From the NCBI GenBank assembly GCA_052327205.1, contig CM126204.1, positions 220,286,001 to 220,350,000 on the forward strand: a stretch of 64,000 nucleotides of DNA, written 5' to 3'. This document shows positions 11,986 to 25,516 of this stretch, one piece after another. Source of the stretch: Somniosus microcephalus. Lineage: Eukaryota. Under the pieces are notes generated by a model that saw only the letters and a program-made list of their open reading frames with translations, did not search any database and had not been told where the DNA came from. The translations under genes and the position numbers were made by a program. Within the stretch, counting starts at the first letter, position 1, and each line of letters begins with the position of its first letter.

Positions 11986-12184
11986 CAAAGTCCTATGTGC
12001 TCCCAGGAATAAGTAGGGCTACATGACACCTGACCTTCGACAATTACCTGCGACTGCACCATTTTGTGATTCCTTCTAAAAAACAAGGACATTACAACAG
12101 CGGGATTACTAAGGCTCCTATTTAACGCTGCAGCCTCCGGCCCATCCGAGCTGCCTGTCGCAGGGCTGGGCTGCCTCCGAGCCC

Positions 12185-13470
12185 GCAGCGCTGCCTCCAA
12201 CCCTGCCCAAAGGAGCTCTCCTACCCTCCCTGAACTACCTGCAGCTCCTGCCTAAATCAGCTTCCCTATCCTCACACAGCTGCCTCCAACCCTGCCCAAA
12301 GGAGCTCTCCTACCCTCCCTGAACTGCCTCCAGCTCCTGCCAAGCTACTCCCAGCCCCACGGAGCTGCCTCAAACTCTGACTGAACATCTCCCCCACCAC
12401 CCCACAACTGCCCCTTACCCCCACGGAGCTTCAACTGCCCTTCAAGTCATTTCGAAGTCTGCCAAGTCTTTGCGATAGACTATAAAAGGAAAAAGATTTT
12501 AAAAAGTGGCAAATGTAGGCAAACTTTCACTTCAGGCCAGTTCATTTAGTTGTTACTGATTTATCGTGACCATATGTGAAGGGAAAGGTTTCTGTATAAC
12601 TGAGACCCAGGGGATAACAGCGTTTAAGCAAGTTCACAGCTCCATGTGCCGTCTTTCTCCTGCCGTGCACATCATCTTGGTGCAGTCACCTCACCTTCCC
12701 ATGTTGGTGCCACCGGATTGGAAAAGTCCTCACACGGAGCAGCAGGGTGCTCAAGTTCAGTTCACGAAAGAGAAAACCCAACCTCACTGTAGCCCGTTGC
12801 GATGCTGGAGGTGGTGGGAGTTGGAATCGAAGCCTCAACCCCACCTGTGGTGCTGCTGACTTGCAGCACCTGGCGTGGCGCGGTTTAATCTCCAAAATGT
12901 ACTGAGCTTGGGCAGCATTGAGGACCATTACAGCTGGTATCTGGGACATGGAGGGGATAGAAATAAAGTAAAATCGCCCAGGGTTCCTACTCCGTATTGT
13001 TATCCGCTGGTCCGTGCTGCGAGGTGAGTGCATGTGGGTAATTATAGAATTGGCTTGTCTGCTGTGCACTCCATGGTTGAATGGCCTGCTGACACTCACT
13101 GTTTCAGGCCACAGAGGTACTGAAATGGTGCTGGTGCCCAATAAATGTTAGCAGGAGAGGGAACAAAATTAGTACATATGAGACTTTGAGGCAGGAGCTG
13201 GAGGCAGCTGTGTTGGGGTAAGGGGCAATTCTGAGGTGGTAGGGGGAAGCTCAGTGAGAGTTTGAGGCAGCACCATGTGGGAAGGTCCTGGGGGTGGGGG
13301 AAGTCAAGTGGAGGCAGCTTGCCAGGAACTGGAGGCAGCTCTGTTGCGGTGGGGGGGGGGGGGGGTTGGCCGTAGCTTGCTGGGGGTAGGGGGATGTTCA
13401 GGAAGAGTTGGAGGCAGCTCACTGGCACCAGAGGCAGCTTGGTGGAGGTAGGGAGAGCTCCTATGTGTTG
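12185..13470. repeat. Imperfect inverted-repeat element with internally repetitive arms
   Basis: 12364-12425 is approximately the reverse complement of 13211-13271; GCTGCCTCC motifs on the left and GGAGGCAGC on the right; tandem duplication at 12190-12340. Confidence 0.6.
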
Positions 13471-13576
13471 TGGGGCTGGGGGGGGTGGCGGGTAGGAGGA
13501 AGGTACTGGTGACATCAGAGATGTACAGCAGGGGAAATCAGGTGGCATTTTTTTCCCCCTTTGTTTTCTTTTTTGA

Positions 13577-13801
<225 letters not shown>

Positions 13802-13849
13802 TAAAGTAGTGCTGCAAAGGTTTAGAATGGTGTCCTTTCACCTCTGTGC

Positions 13850-14285
13850 GAGCCGTGGGTAGCACACTTGCCTCTGAGTCAGAAGGTTGTGGGTTCATAG
13901 CCCCACTCCAGAGACTTGAGCACAGAATCTAGGTTGGCACACCTAGCACCTGAGGGAGTGCTGCACTGTCGGAAGTGCTGCCTTATGGATGAGATGTTAA
14001 AACGAGGCCCCGTCTGCCCTTTCAGGTGGATGTAAAGGATCCCATGACACTGTTTCGAAGAAGAGTTCCCCCCGGTGTTGACCAATATTTATCCTTCAAC
14101 CAACATCATTAAAACAGATGATCTGGTCATTACCACATTGCTGTTTGTGGGATCTTGCTGTGTGCAAATTAGCTGGCACGTTTCATACATTAGAACTGTG
14201 GCTATACTTCAAAAGTGCTTCATTGGCTGTAAACCCCATTTGGGACATCCTGAGGTCATGGAAAGTGCTGGTCTATCTTTCTTTT
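13850..14285 (+). mobile_element. Deu-domain tRNA SINE
   Basis: Similar to 89-556. Confidence 0.8.
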
Positions 14286-14536
14286 CTCTGGGGCCTGGAT
14301 TCAAGTCAATTGGCAATCTCATTCATTGAGACCTTACTCATGGCTGCTGTGGGTAATGGAGATGTCACATTGGTATAGAAGGAGATCCCATTATTGGTTG
14401 GGGTGAAGGTGCATTGCTGTGGGACGGAGAACAAACTTCACACCTGGCACTGAAGTACATAGGCTGACAGGTCACTCTAAGTGAAGAAGTCTTAAGTGTT
14501 CTCCTACACTGACATTCCACCTCTTCCTGATCCTGA

Positions 14537-14775
14537 AAGAAAGAACTTAGCATTTGTACAGCGTCTTTCACAACTTCAAAACGTCCTAAAGCACTTTACA
14601 GCCAATTAATTGCTTTTGAAGTATCATCGCTGTTGTTTTGCAGACAAATGCGGCAGCCAATTTGCACACAGTAAGGTCCTACAAACAGAAAATGAGATAA
14701 ATAACTAGTTATATCGGTTTCTCAAGGTGTTTATTGAGGGATGCATGTTGGCCAGGACACCAAGAGAACTTCCTT
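14537..14775 (-). mobile_element. Deu-domain SINE 3' half
   Basis: Reverse-complement similarity to 330-556. Confidence 0.7.
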
Positions 14776-14852
14776 ACTTTTTGTAGGAAATATAGTGAGG
14801 CATGTAACTGATGTGAAAGTAGGAGAGCAATTGTGAAATATCAACCACAATA

Positions 14853-15184
14853 CAGGAAACTTTGTGATATCCGGCACTGACGGGACCGGCATGTTGCCGA
14901 TCTATCAAAACTGCCAGACATACAAAGTTAATGTTGAAGCATACGGAGGTTTTCATCTCCGTATCTGACAACAAACACTGTTGCTTAGCAACAGCTTCTA
15001 AAGAGTCGGCTGCAGCTGCAAGCGTCTGTAGCTGAAGCTGTTGCTATAGCTACAGACCTTGCAGTGGCTGACTGGGAAAAAAAAGAACGAGATCTAAAAA
15101 AAACTTACAGAAAACAGTTCCTGATTTTTGCCGTTAGATCAAGTGTTCCGGACATACAACCTCCGGATAAACTAAAGTTTCCTG
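14853..15184. mobile_element. Tc1/mariner-pogo (Tigger-like) MITE
   Basis: 22-bp TIRs, CAGGAAACTTTGTGATATCCGG versus reverse complement CAGGAAACTTTAGTTTATCCGG (18/22); TA on both sides; central palindrome AGCAACAGCTTC...GAAGCTGTTGCT. Confidence 0.8.
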
Positions 15185-15315
15185 TACAATTAGGTTTGAC
15201 ATGGAAATAGAAAAGGATAATGAAGAGTCAAAGATAAGGGTGCTGTTAGGATACACCCAGTATCATGTAATCCTTTGGTGGGTCATTCATTTATGAAGGT
15301 TGGTATAGAAATAAT

Positions 15316-16370
15316 GGCCCAGATTTTGCGGTCAGTGGCGAAGGAATGATGCTCACCATTCACCTCGCTGACAGCTGCCCACAGACATTTTGCGAGCTAT
15401 AGAGCAGAGACTTGCTCTAAATCCGCCGTCTGATCCAGCGAGGTGCCCTCTACAGGTGATCTGTGGCGTCTGTGAGAAGGGAAAGCAACAGCAAGGCTCT
15501 CCAACCTATCAGGCTGAAGAATCCTCACAGAGACCCGCAGGCCGGAATTTTAATTTGGAGGTTGGTAGGGAGATAGGTGTTGGGGGCGGGGGGGGGCTGG
15601 AAAGCGGTAGAGAAACCCGGGAGAACGGTATTCCCACAGGCCCTGCCGAATTTAACGGCAGGGCCTTATTAGCATGTCAAAGCATTGATTCCTGCCTGCA
15701 GCCAGCCAGATGAAGAGGCTGGCTAGTTTTGTGGCACCAGGCCACAGAGAGGCTGGAGGGGGGCTCGGGGGTGGGGATCGGAGGCCAGAGGGGGGATTGG
15801 GGATCAGAGGCCTCGTTTGGGGGGTGCGGGGGTGGTAGGTCGGAGGTCTCGGGGCTGATCGGAGGCCACGAGGGGAGATCGGAAAGGTCGGGGGTTGTCC
15901 GATTGCAGGAGGTTGGTGAGGCAAGAAGTGGAAAGGCACTTACCTCCAGGTTCCAGCAATCCTTGCCTTCCTTTAGCTGGCGGGTGTCCCAAGGCCCGGG
16001 AAACCCGGCTACCCAGAGTTACATTTAAAATGGTGGTTCACCATGAGGCACAGAGCCTCATTATAATATTTAAAGTTCCAACATGCCATTAAAAACTCAC
16101 TTACTCCTAAATATACCAGCCTTAACCTTTTCAGCCATTTTTAGTGCGGAACCAGTGGGCAAGTACCTCAAGTTCACGCCGTTGCATTCATTTCAGTACC
16201 GAGTCTATCAGTGAGGACTGCAACAGCGCACCCTGTGGAGGAGCAGGGTGTCTCTGACAGCAACGTCCGGATTTCCGCACTTAACCGCGCATGCGTGGAC
16301 ACCAGAAGTTGCCCTGTAATAACGGTGAGCACTGATAGCCTCACCGTTATTATTACCGCAAAACCCGTCC
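15316..16370. mobile_element. Possible GC-rich non-autonomous DNA element(s) with imperfect terminal inverted repeats
   Basis: GGCCCAGATTTTGCGGT...ACCGCAAAACCCGTCC ends and a CpG-rich interior; no clear TSD. Confidence 0.4.
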
Positions 16371-16499
16371 GTTGTGTTCTTTGCAACACCCCCGCATTCT
16401 CACCTCTTATAACAGGGTTTGGTCTTGCCGATTAGTGTGAAAGTATAACTTATCCTATTCTTAACACCTATGGCTTCACGCCTGAAGCATATAGGCAAA

Positions 16500-18882
16500 A
16501 GGAGAAGAAATTGGAGAAAAGCTGATTTTGAGAGGCTGAGAATAGGACTTGGGAAAATAAAATGGACAACAACATTGCCAAACAATGATGTAGAACAGCA
16601 ATGGGAAAAATTTTAAATGGTGTTCAACAGAGTCCAGGAAAAATATATTCCGCTAAAAAAATGAACAAAATAAGCAATAAAGGAGCACCATGAATGAATA
16701 AAGCCATAAGGGAAAAATTGAGGGTGAGGAAAGAGGCATAGATTAAGTATATGGACCGCAGAGGAGAGCATGGACAGCACGGGAGAGCATGATAAGGGAG
16801 AATATGAAGGGATTAGGAGAGAAGTCAAAAAAAAATTAGGAAGGCAAAGAGGAACTATGAAATTAAATTATCAAGGAACATAAAACAAAATAGTAAAATA
16901 TTTCATAAGGACATAAATAAAAAAAGGAAGATCGGGATGGGAATAGAGCCACTAAGGGATGGACAGGATTATACCACAGGCAACGACAGAGAGATGGCAG
17001 AAATATTAAATAATTACTTTGCTTCAGTATTTACCAGGGAGATAGAACAGGTGGACATGACATTGGATCATGAGATTAGTAATGAATTAAATGCATTTAA
17101 AAAAAAGAGGAGATATATTAAATAAACTAATCAAACTCAAAGAGGAAAAAAATCCTGGATTACATCCGTGTATTTTAAAAGAAACCAGGGAAGAGACAGC
17201 AGAGGCATTAATAATTTGTTTAAAAAAGGTGTAGTACCAGAGGACTGGTGGATAGCTGACGTAATCCCTATATTTAAGAAGGGAGAGAGAACATGTCCAG
17301 GGAACTGTAGACCAGTCAGCTTATTGTCGCTGGGTCTAAATCCTGGAACTCTCCCCCTAACAGCACTGTGGGATTACCTTCACCACATGCACTGCAGCGG
17401 TTCAAGAAGGCAGCTCACCAGCACCTTCTCGAGGGCAATTAGGGATGGGCAATAAATGCTGGCCTTGCCAGCGACGCCCACATCCCATAAATGAATTAAG
17501 AGTTAACATCAGTGGTTGGAACAATAATGGAATCCTTATAAAGGAGAAAATAGAGGAACATCTAGAAACCAAAAATATAATAATGAATAGTCAGCATGGA
17601 TTTCAAAAGGGAAAGTCTTGCTTGACCAACCTCATTGAATTTTTTGAGGAGGTAACAGAGAGACTAGACAAGGGTAATGCAGTAGATGTAATTTATCTAG
17701 ATTTTCAAAAGGCCTTCGATAAGGTATCACATAATAAACTAATGAGTAAGGTCAGGGAATGCGGAGTCAGGGGACAAGTAGCAGATTGGATAGCTAGCTG
17801 GCTTCAAGACTGAAAGCAGAGAGGAGGGGTAAAGGGTAGCTATTCACAGTGGCAGAAGGTGGATAGTGGTGTTCTACAAGGATCAGTGCTGGGACCACTG
17901 TTGTTCACAATTTATATTAACAATTTAGACTTTGGAATCAAAAACACAATTTCTAAATTTGCAGATGACACCAAATTGGGGGGATAGCCAATACTGAGGA
18001 GGACTGCAACAAATTGCAGGAGGACATTATTAAACTTGTAGAATGGGCATATAATTGGCAATTGAATTTTAACACAGATAAATGTGAGGTATTATATTTT
18101 GGTAGGGAGGTCACTTATTACTTGGAGGGGGTGAGTCTGGGTGGGATAGAGGAGCAAAGGCATCTCGGAGTACAAATACACAAATCACTGAAAGTAGCGA
18201 CACAGGTTAACAAGTCCATAAAAAGCAAACCAAGCACTAGGGTTTATTTCTAGAGGGATAGAATTGAAAAGTAGAGAAGTTATGCTAAACCTGTATCGAA
18301 CCTTGGTTAGACAACACTTGGAGTACTGCGTACAATTCTGGTCGCCATATTATAGAAAGGATATAGAGGCATTGGAGAGGGTGCAGAGAAGATTTACAAG
18401 GATGATATCAGAAATGCAAGTGTATCTCTATCAGGAAAGGATGAACAGGCTGGGTCCCTTTTCGCTTGAAAAAAAGAAGGCTGAGGGGTGACCTAATAGA
18501 GGTCTTTAAAATTATGAAAGGTTTTGATAGCGTGGATACAGAGAGAGTGTTTCCACTTTTGGGGAAGAGAATAACCAAAGGCCATCAATGTAAGATAGTC
18601 ACCAACAAATCAAATAGGGAATTCAGAAGAAACTTCTTTACCCAGAGGGTGGTGAGAATGTGGAACTCGCTACCACAGGGAGTAGTTGAGGCAAATTATA
18701 TAGATGCATTTAAGGGGAGGCTAGATAAGCATATGAGGGAGAAGGGAATAGAGGGTTATGCTGACAGAGTTAGATGAGGAAGGACGGGAGGGGGCTCAAA
18801 TGGAGCATAAACTCTGGCATGGACTGGTTGAGCCAAATGGCCTTTTTCTGTGCTGTATATCCTATGTAATCCTATGTAATTG
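16500..18882 (+). mobile_element. CR1 LINE ORF2 (RT) remnant with 3' tail; contains a short insert of another LINE 3' end (about 17325-17500)
   Basis: SQHGFQKGKSCLTNLIEFFEEV, YLDFQKAFDKV, FADDTK, LEYCVQFWSPY, WNSLP; tail (TCCTATGTAA)2. Confidence 0.92.
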
Positions 18883-18931
18883 AGAAAAAGCTCGATACAG
18901 TATGTATGGGGAGTTAGTCATTGAGTTACAA

Positions 18932-20340
18932 GATCATAGAATCATAGAACGGTTACAGCACATAAGGAGGCCATTCGGCCCTTCGAGCACGTGCCAGCTC
19001 TCTGCAAGAAAGAAAGACTTGCATTTATATAGCATCTTTCACGACCACCGGACGTCTCAAAGCGCTTTACAGCCAATGAAGCACTTTTGGAGTGTAATTA
19101 CTGTTGTAATGTGGGAGAGCACTTCAGCTAAACCCACTCCCCCGCCCTTTCCCCGAATACCTGCAATTTTTTTCCTTCAGGTATTTACCCAATTCCCTTT
19201 TGAAAGCCATGATTGAGTCTGCCTCCACCACCCTCTCAGGCAGTGCATTCCAGATCATAACCACTCGCTGCGTAAAAAAGTTTTTCCTCTTGTTGCCTTT
19301 GGTTCTTCTGCCAATCACGTTAAATCTGTGTCCTCTGGTTCTCGACCTTTCTGCCAATGGGAACAGTTTCTCTCTATCTACTCTGTCTATAGACACCTCG
19401 TGATTTTGAACACCTCTATCAAATCTCCTCTCAACCTTCTCTGCTCTAAGGAGAACAACCCCAGCTTCTCTAGTCTATCCACGTAACTGAAGTCTCTCAT
19501 CCCTGGAACAATTCTTATAAAGCCTCTCTAAGGCTTTCACATCCTTCCTAAAGTGCGGTGCCCAGAATTGGACACAATACTCCAGTTGAGGCTGAACCAA
19601 TGTTTTATAAAGGTTCATCATAACTTCCTTGCTTTTGTACTCTATGCCTCTATTTATGAAGCCCAGTATCCCGTATGCTTTTTTAACTGCTTTCTTAACC
19701 TGCCCTGCCACCTTCAACGATTTGTGCACATATACCACCAGGTCTCTCTGTTCATGCACCCCATTTAGAATTGTACCCTTTAGTTTATATTGCCTCTCCT
19801 CATTCTTCCTACGAAAATATATCACTTCGCACTTTTCTGCATTAAATTTAATCTGCCACGTGTCCGCCCATTTCACCAGCCTGTCTATGTCTTCTTGAAG
19901 TCTATTACTATCCTCCTCTCTGTTCACAATACTTCCAAGTTTTGTGTCATCTGCAAATTTTAAAATTGTGCCCTATACACCCAAGTCTATGTCATTAATA
20001 TATATCAAGAAAAGCAGTGGTCCTAGAACCGACCCCTGGGGAACACCACTGTACACCTTCCTCCAGTCTGAAAAACAACCGTTTACCACTCTTCTGTTTC
20101 CTGTCACTTAGCCAATTCCGTATCCTTGCTGCCACTGTCCCTTTTATCATGGGCTTCAACTTTGCTGGCAAGCCTATTATGTGGCACTTTGTCGAACGCC
20201 TTTTAGAAATCCATGTACACCACATCAACTGCATTGCCCTCATCAACCCTCTCTGTTACCTCATCAAAAAACTCAATCAAGTTAGTTAAACACAATTTGC
20301 CTTTAACAAATCCGTGTTGGCTTTCCTTAATTAACCAAGA
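18932..20340 (-). mobile_element. CR1 LINE 3' remnant (SINE fragment inserted at about 19005-19115)
   Basis: LEYCVQFWAPHFRKD, WNALPERVVEA; (ATCATAGA)n tail. Confidence 0.9.
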
Positions 20341-20964
20341 TATTTGTAAATTTGTGGCTGGAAAGTGAAAATGTAAAATATTATAATAGTTTTTATCATG
20401 TAATGTTAATTTCTGGAGATGGTTTCAGATGAATAGGGTGGCTTGACCAGGAATGTAAAATCATGAAACAGTTACGCAACCAAACAGACCTTTGTGTGAA
20501 CTCATGAGCATCGAATGTCCAAAAACTAAATGGATGGTCAGATTCCTCCTGCTGGTTGAATGTGGGATCTGACTCAAGGGGCGGAATGGCCTACTCCTAT
20601 TCCTATGTTGATTTTTTGCATTGATTACACAACCCACCTTGCTATGTCTTTCCATCCCCAGGTATGGACCTGCCCAGTGAGCTTGTAACTGGCCGAAGCA
20701 CCAACACACTCAGTCCCACTCAAACCCCCCGGTGTCTCTCATTGCGATCGTCCCAGTTTGTTCTGGCAGCTTTGTGCCACAGTTTATTAGATTCTTCTGT
20801 GCAAGCTCAGCCAACCTAGTTAGGACATACTTCACTCTGCTTCTGTTCCAGTCAGTGGTCTTCCCATGATTGTGATTAGCGTGAATGGACCCTACACTCA
20901 GCTGTATGGTAATTCAAATAGCGAGAAACTTGTAGATCCTTGAAGTAGATAAGAATGAAAGAAA

Positions 20965-21215
20965 AAAAGAAAGACTTGCATTTATATTGTGCCTTTCATG
21001 ACCTCAGGACGTCCCAAAACACTTTACAGTCAATGAAGTACTTTTGAAGTCTATTTACTGTTGTAATGTAGGAAACACGGCAGCCAATTTGCGCACAAGC
21101 TCACACAAACAGCAATGAGATAATGACTAGATAATCTATTTTAGTGATGTTGGTTGAGAGATAAATATTGGCCAGAACACCAGGGGGAGCTCCTATGCTC
21201 TTCTTTGAAATAGTA
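20965..21215 (-). mobile_element. Deu-domain SINE 3' half
   Basis: Reverse-complement similarity to 330-556. Confidence 0.75.
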
Positions 21216-21727
21216 AGACATGTGAGCAGTCTCATTGTATGGTAAACCGTTGGACAGCGTCAAAGCTCCGTCACAATCCCTACACATTATTCACAAACCT
21301 AACCAGTTTTATGTGGCAGTTGAGCCACTCATTTATGCAACAACCCTAAATGAGAGAAGTTGATCCACCTCATACCATCCTCAGATGAACTGGCTGGTAG
21401 AGCGGTTTTAATGACATGATGCACTTGCACACTGAGCAGAACATCAATAGAGAGGATTAAGCACTTCCATCTCAAGAGGAGCAGGGCAGTTCTCCACTCT
21501 GAGTCAGAAGGTCATGGCACCTCATTGAGGCAGTAGTGTCCCCCCCCCTCTTCCAACCCTGCCCCTATGAACCACCAAAGAGCCATCATGTATTGGAGCA
21601 AAAAGATTTGGTACAAAACCCTCAATGTTGTCTTGCCGTGTAAATCCTTTGCATTACCCTTTGTGTACAGCATGGCCCTCATCTCATCACCGCTTTTCCT
21701 TTTTGTCTTTTTATCACCCCCTGGCAG

Positions 21728-21887
21728 GTATCAAACTGGTTTGGTAACAAGCGAATCCGATACAAGAAAAACATAGGCAAGTTCCAGGAGGAAGCGAATC
21801 TGTACGCCGCCAAAACAGCGGTAACTGCGACAAACGCGACAGCTCAAGGAAGCCAAGCCAACTCCCCGTCCACTCCCAACTCCACTG
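21728..21887 (+). CDS. PBX1: PBX-family exon: HD helix 3 and C-terminal extension (equivalent to PBX1 exon 6)
   Basis: AG at 21726-21727 and GTGAGT at 21888; 160 bp, in frame with the previous exon: [53 protein letters not shown]; the tail resembles PBX1 [23 protein letters not shown]. Confidence 0.93.
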
Positions 21888-22934
21888 GTGAGTGTTTATG
21901 GGCCACTTTGCACAGCCAGACACTAATCAGTTCTCCAATTCGAACAACTCTTAAAGGACATCTCCACCCCTCATTGTGATTATGGAGAAGCTGAAAGGTC
22001 AATTGTCATTGTAGGACATCTCAAATTACTTCCTGGGGCACACAGGAAATCATGTGCCAAGCAATTTCATCCCACAATAGTCTAAACATCTCAAGGTTTA
22101 TAGGCAGGTAAGAATGATCGTGGTCTGTAAGACCATGACTTTTGGTCATAGTTAGTCAGTATCGGGATTATCCTCTCCGATAGATAGTAGGGCCTTGGCA
22201 CAATTGCAACTTCATTTCTGAAGATGAGAAGCCAATTGCGTCTCCCAAGTCCTCAGAAATTCTAATGAATTGGCTGCGCTTTCTCATGCCAGTATGTGTT
22301 CCATTAGACACAGATAGAAAGTCACTACAATGCTAAGTGACCTTTCAGCTTGGGCACAGTTATAATTTGGTAGGAGTTGTCATTTAAATCAAATGGTACC
22401 TTGTTATGGATTAATAAGCCTTGATGATATTAGGATGGGGGTGGGGGGGTGGCAAAAGGTCATGGATCCCCCTCCACAGCTACTAAAACTTACGCTGCTT
22501 TCTCAGTCATCGGTTAGTAGTGCATGAAATTGGACCCAATAACTACAAGGTTACCCTGCTGTTCTTCTGCTCATTGAGGGTTGCCACACATCTGATAAGT
22601 TCTGTGGCGGTTGGTTGTCAACTAGGATTCATGAGTAGAGTTCTCAGCCCCTTGCGTGCTCTTGGGCCCACTTGAGATGTAGAAGAGTTTGCGATTTCTG
22701 CCGGAGTTTCACAGGACTAGAGATGATAGGCTAAGAAAAGAGAAGACACTTTTCTCTGCCTCATCCTAAGAAAAAAAGACTTGCATTGATAAAGCACCTC
22801 ATCGCATCTCTCAACATGCTTTACATATTTTGAGGTCCAGTGATTTAATGGCAGCAAAAGTAACAGCCATTTTGAGCACAGCAAGACTCCACAAATAGCA
22901 ATGAGATGGATAACCAGTTAATCTGCTTTTGGAA

Positions 22935-23420
22935 ATAACAACAGAAAATGCTGGAAAAACTCAGCAGGTCAGGCAACATCCGTGGAGAGAAATTTGAGTT
23001 GACGTTTCGGGTTGGACCCTTCTTCAAAACTGGAAAGAAAAGAAACTAGATCGGAGGCAGGGCTGCGATCGGACAAAAGAATAAAAGAAACAAAAGAAGT
23101 AAAAGAGATTAGAAGCTAGGCGAGATGGTAATAGGCTGGGATTAGGTGTAAAGTGTACTGGCAGGGCAAAAGATAGCTGCCAGGTGTGAGAGAGAAACAA
23201 AAGGAAAGGGGGGGGGGGAAAGGAGTGGAACAATTACAAGAGAAAATGAAATGGGTGCCGAGCTTATGATCTGAAATTGTTGAACTCGATATTGAGTCCG
23301 GAAGGCTGCAGACTGCCTAATCGGAAGATGAGGTGCTGTTCCTCGAGTTTACGTTGAGCTTCCGTGGAACAATACAAGAGGCCAAGGACGGTGAGGTCCG
23401 AGTGGGAATGGAGCGGTGAA
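22935..23420 (-). mobile_element. Penelope-like element 3' remnant inserted in a SINE
   Basis: Minus strand reads QRKLEEQHLIFRLGSLQPSGLNIEFNNF (GIY-YIG C-terminus), followed by a degenerate hammerhead-like terminal repeat. Confidence 0.75.
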
Positions 23421-23897
23421 TTAATCTGCTTTTGGTGCTTGTAGTTGAGGGAGGAATGTTGAACTCCATGTACTCTTAAAACATCAGGGGATCTTCAACA
23501 TCCACCTGAGTAGCCTCAGTTCAACATCTCATGTCAAAGATGGCTCCTCAGACAATGCAAGTGTCCCGCAGTACTGCAGTGGAGTTCTCAGCCTGGATTA
23601 CGTGCTCAAGTCTTCAAGCTTTACTCATCATTATTGTCTCTCCTGGAACAACCCATGACCACTCCTCACTCATGCCCAATCTGCAGTCTCAGTTGTCTCC
23701 CATCCAGTGCTTCTCCCAACAGAATTATTCCTTTGTTTACTGTCTTCCACAACCTCTGGTGCTCCTGACATGAATGTTCTTTATGTGTACAGACACACTA
23801 CTGCTGTTGGTGCATGTCATATCTGCTGGAATTCTAGCTCTTTAATATATGTGTGATACCACTCCAAGGACTACAGCACAGAACTTCTGATCAACCT

Positions 23898-24804
23898 TGT
23901 AAGGGTTTGGGGGCTTCTTTAAACTGGTTTAAAGTAATTTTCCTGGTCTTGCAGGACCAATTCCAATAAAATCAATTTTATTACAGCGGTTACGAATTGC
24001 TACCCCTCCTTTAGTTCTGAGTGGAGGAACTTATAATTAATGATATTAAAACGGAACAAGTGGTTTGGATGAGAGAAAAAAATCAAGTTTTATTACCTAA
24101 ATAAACTACAATCAAAATATCAAACTATCCCACACGCACACAGTAATTACAGTAAAACTATATAACAGGGGGTTGCAGACGGCAAAAACGAGGGATACAA
24201 TGGCTACAATGTTATTTAAACAATCTTAGCAATTCCCTTAAATCACCACCCCTTAGCTCCTGCTAGGTTGCCTTGTTGAGGAGTCAGAACACCCTGCTCA
24301 CCTGTGGTCCAGCGAAGTAAGAGAGAGAGAGAGATAGCTTCTCAGCCGCGATCTTTATACCTGGTGAGGTCCTGCCATTCTGCCTTGCAAGAGCTGTGTG
24401 CAAAATTCCCCACCCAAAACGTTCCAATACACAAGAGAAAGCTGTGATTGGCTAACTCAAAGTGGTTAGACTGGGTTAATGTGTCTTCCGGAGCTTCCTG
24501 GGCTGAAACAAAAGGGAGATACAACTGCTCTATTGTCCAGTGCTGGGTGATTTAAAACCCATTCAAATCTTGAACGATTCCCATTCAAGGTGCAAAAGTC
24601 TCTTCTGCCGTTTAGATGTGTCCACTCGATATACAAACAAATGCTAATAGCATTCAATTGCTTTGTAAACAAAGCATTGTCCTTTGTCTTCGGCCATGTG
24701 GTGACAGCCATTTTTATCCCTGGAAATTTAAAAGCACATCGCCCAGGGATTCTTTAATCAAAAAAATGAATCTTCAGAACTGTAAATTATTGCGAATTCT
24801 TACA
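23898..24804 (-). mobile_element. Possible solo LTR (about 0.9 kb)
   Basis: TGTAAG...CTTACA ends; minus-strand CCAAT, TATAAA and AATAAA in LTR order; no TSD found. Confidence 0.4.
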
Positions 24805-25516
24805 CCAAGTTGAGAAGTGAACATGTTCTGTACTCTGTTAAGTCTGTGAATTATTTAGTTAATTAAGACACAGACTAATGAGTAACAATAAAAACAGGTC
24901 TTTACTGGTTGGAGGTAGGGACTATACGTAGGTCTTTACTTCATGCCCACAGGCGGGAACTGAGGGGAGATCAGTACCCACAGTACTATTTATACCCCTA
25001 TGGCCAGGAGTGGTACTGCGTATCACTACGCCCTACAAGTAGTGCAGTCCTGTCCATAGGTTCAAAGTAGCACACATATTACATACACAACATTCCTCCC
25101 TTCCTAGCTTTACAGTCATCTCCCCATTTAACATAACGTAATAACATATATACATATATAACTTCAGGTTTACATAACTGTGGTAAACCACGTTCACTAT
25201 CGTATCACTGTTAGTAGTTAGCACTGTTCACCACTGTTCGTTATAACTGTATCACTGACCACTATTGTATCACGGTACGAGGTCGCCTCTTGCCACACTG
25301 CTATACCTGGGATGACCACTGCCGACTCCGCCTTGGCTCCACCCACCAGGCCAGGTATAAAGGTGAGCGACTGGCTGGTATTCCTCCTGCTTGGATCGGA
25401 TCACCCACGAGAGTGGGCTCTGTTATTTAGTCAATAAAAACCTTTAGTCACCTTCGTAACTCTTCGCCTTTTATTGGAGGAATTGATAGGTATATCAATT
25501 TTATTGACTAAATTTA

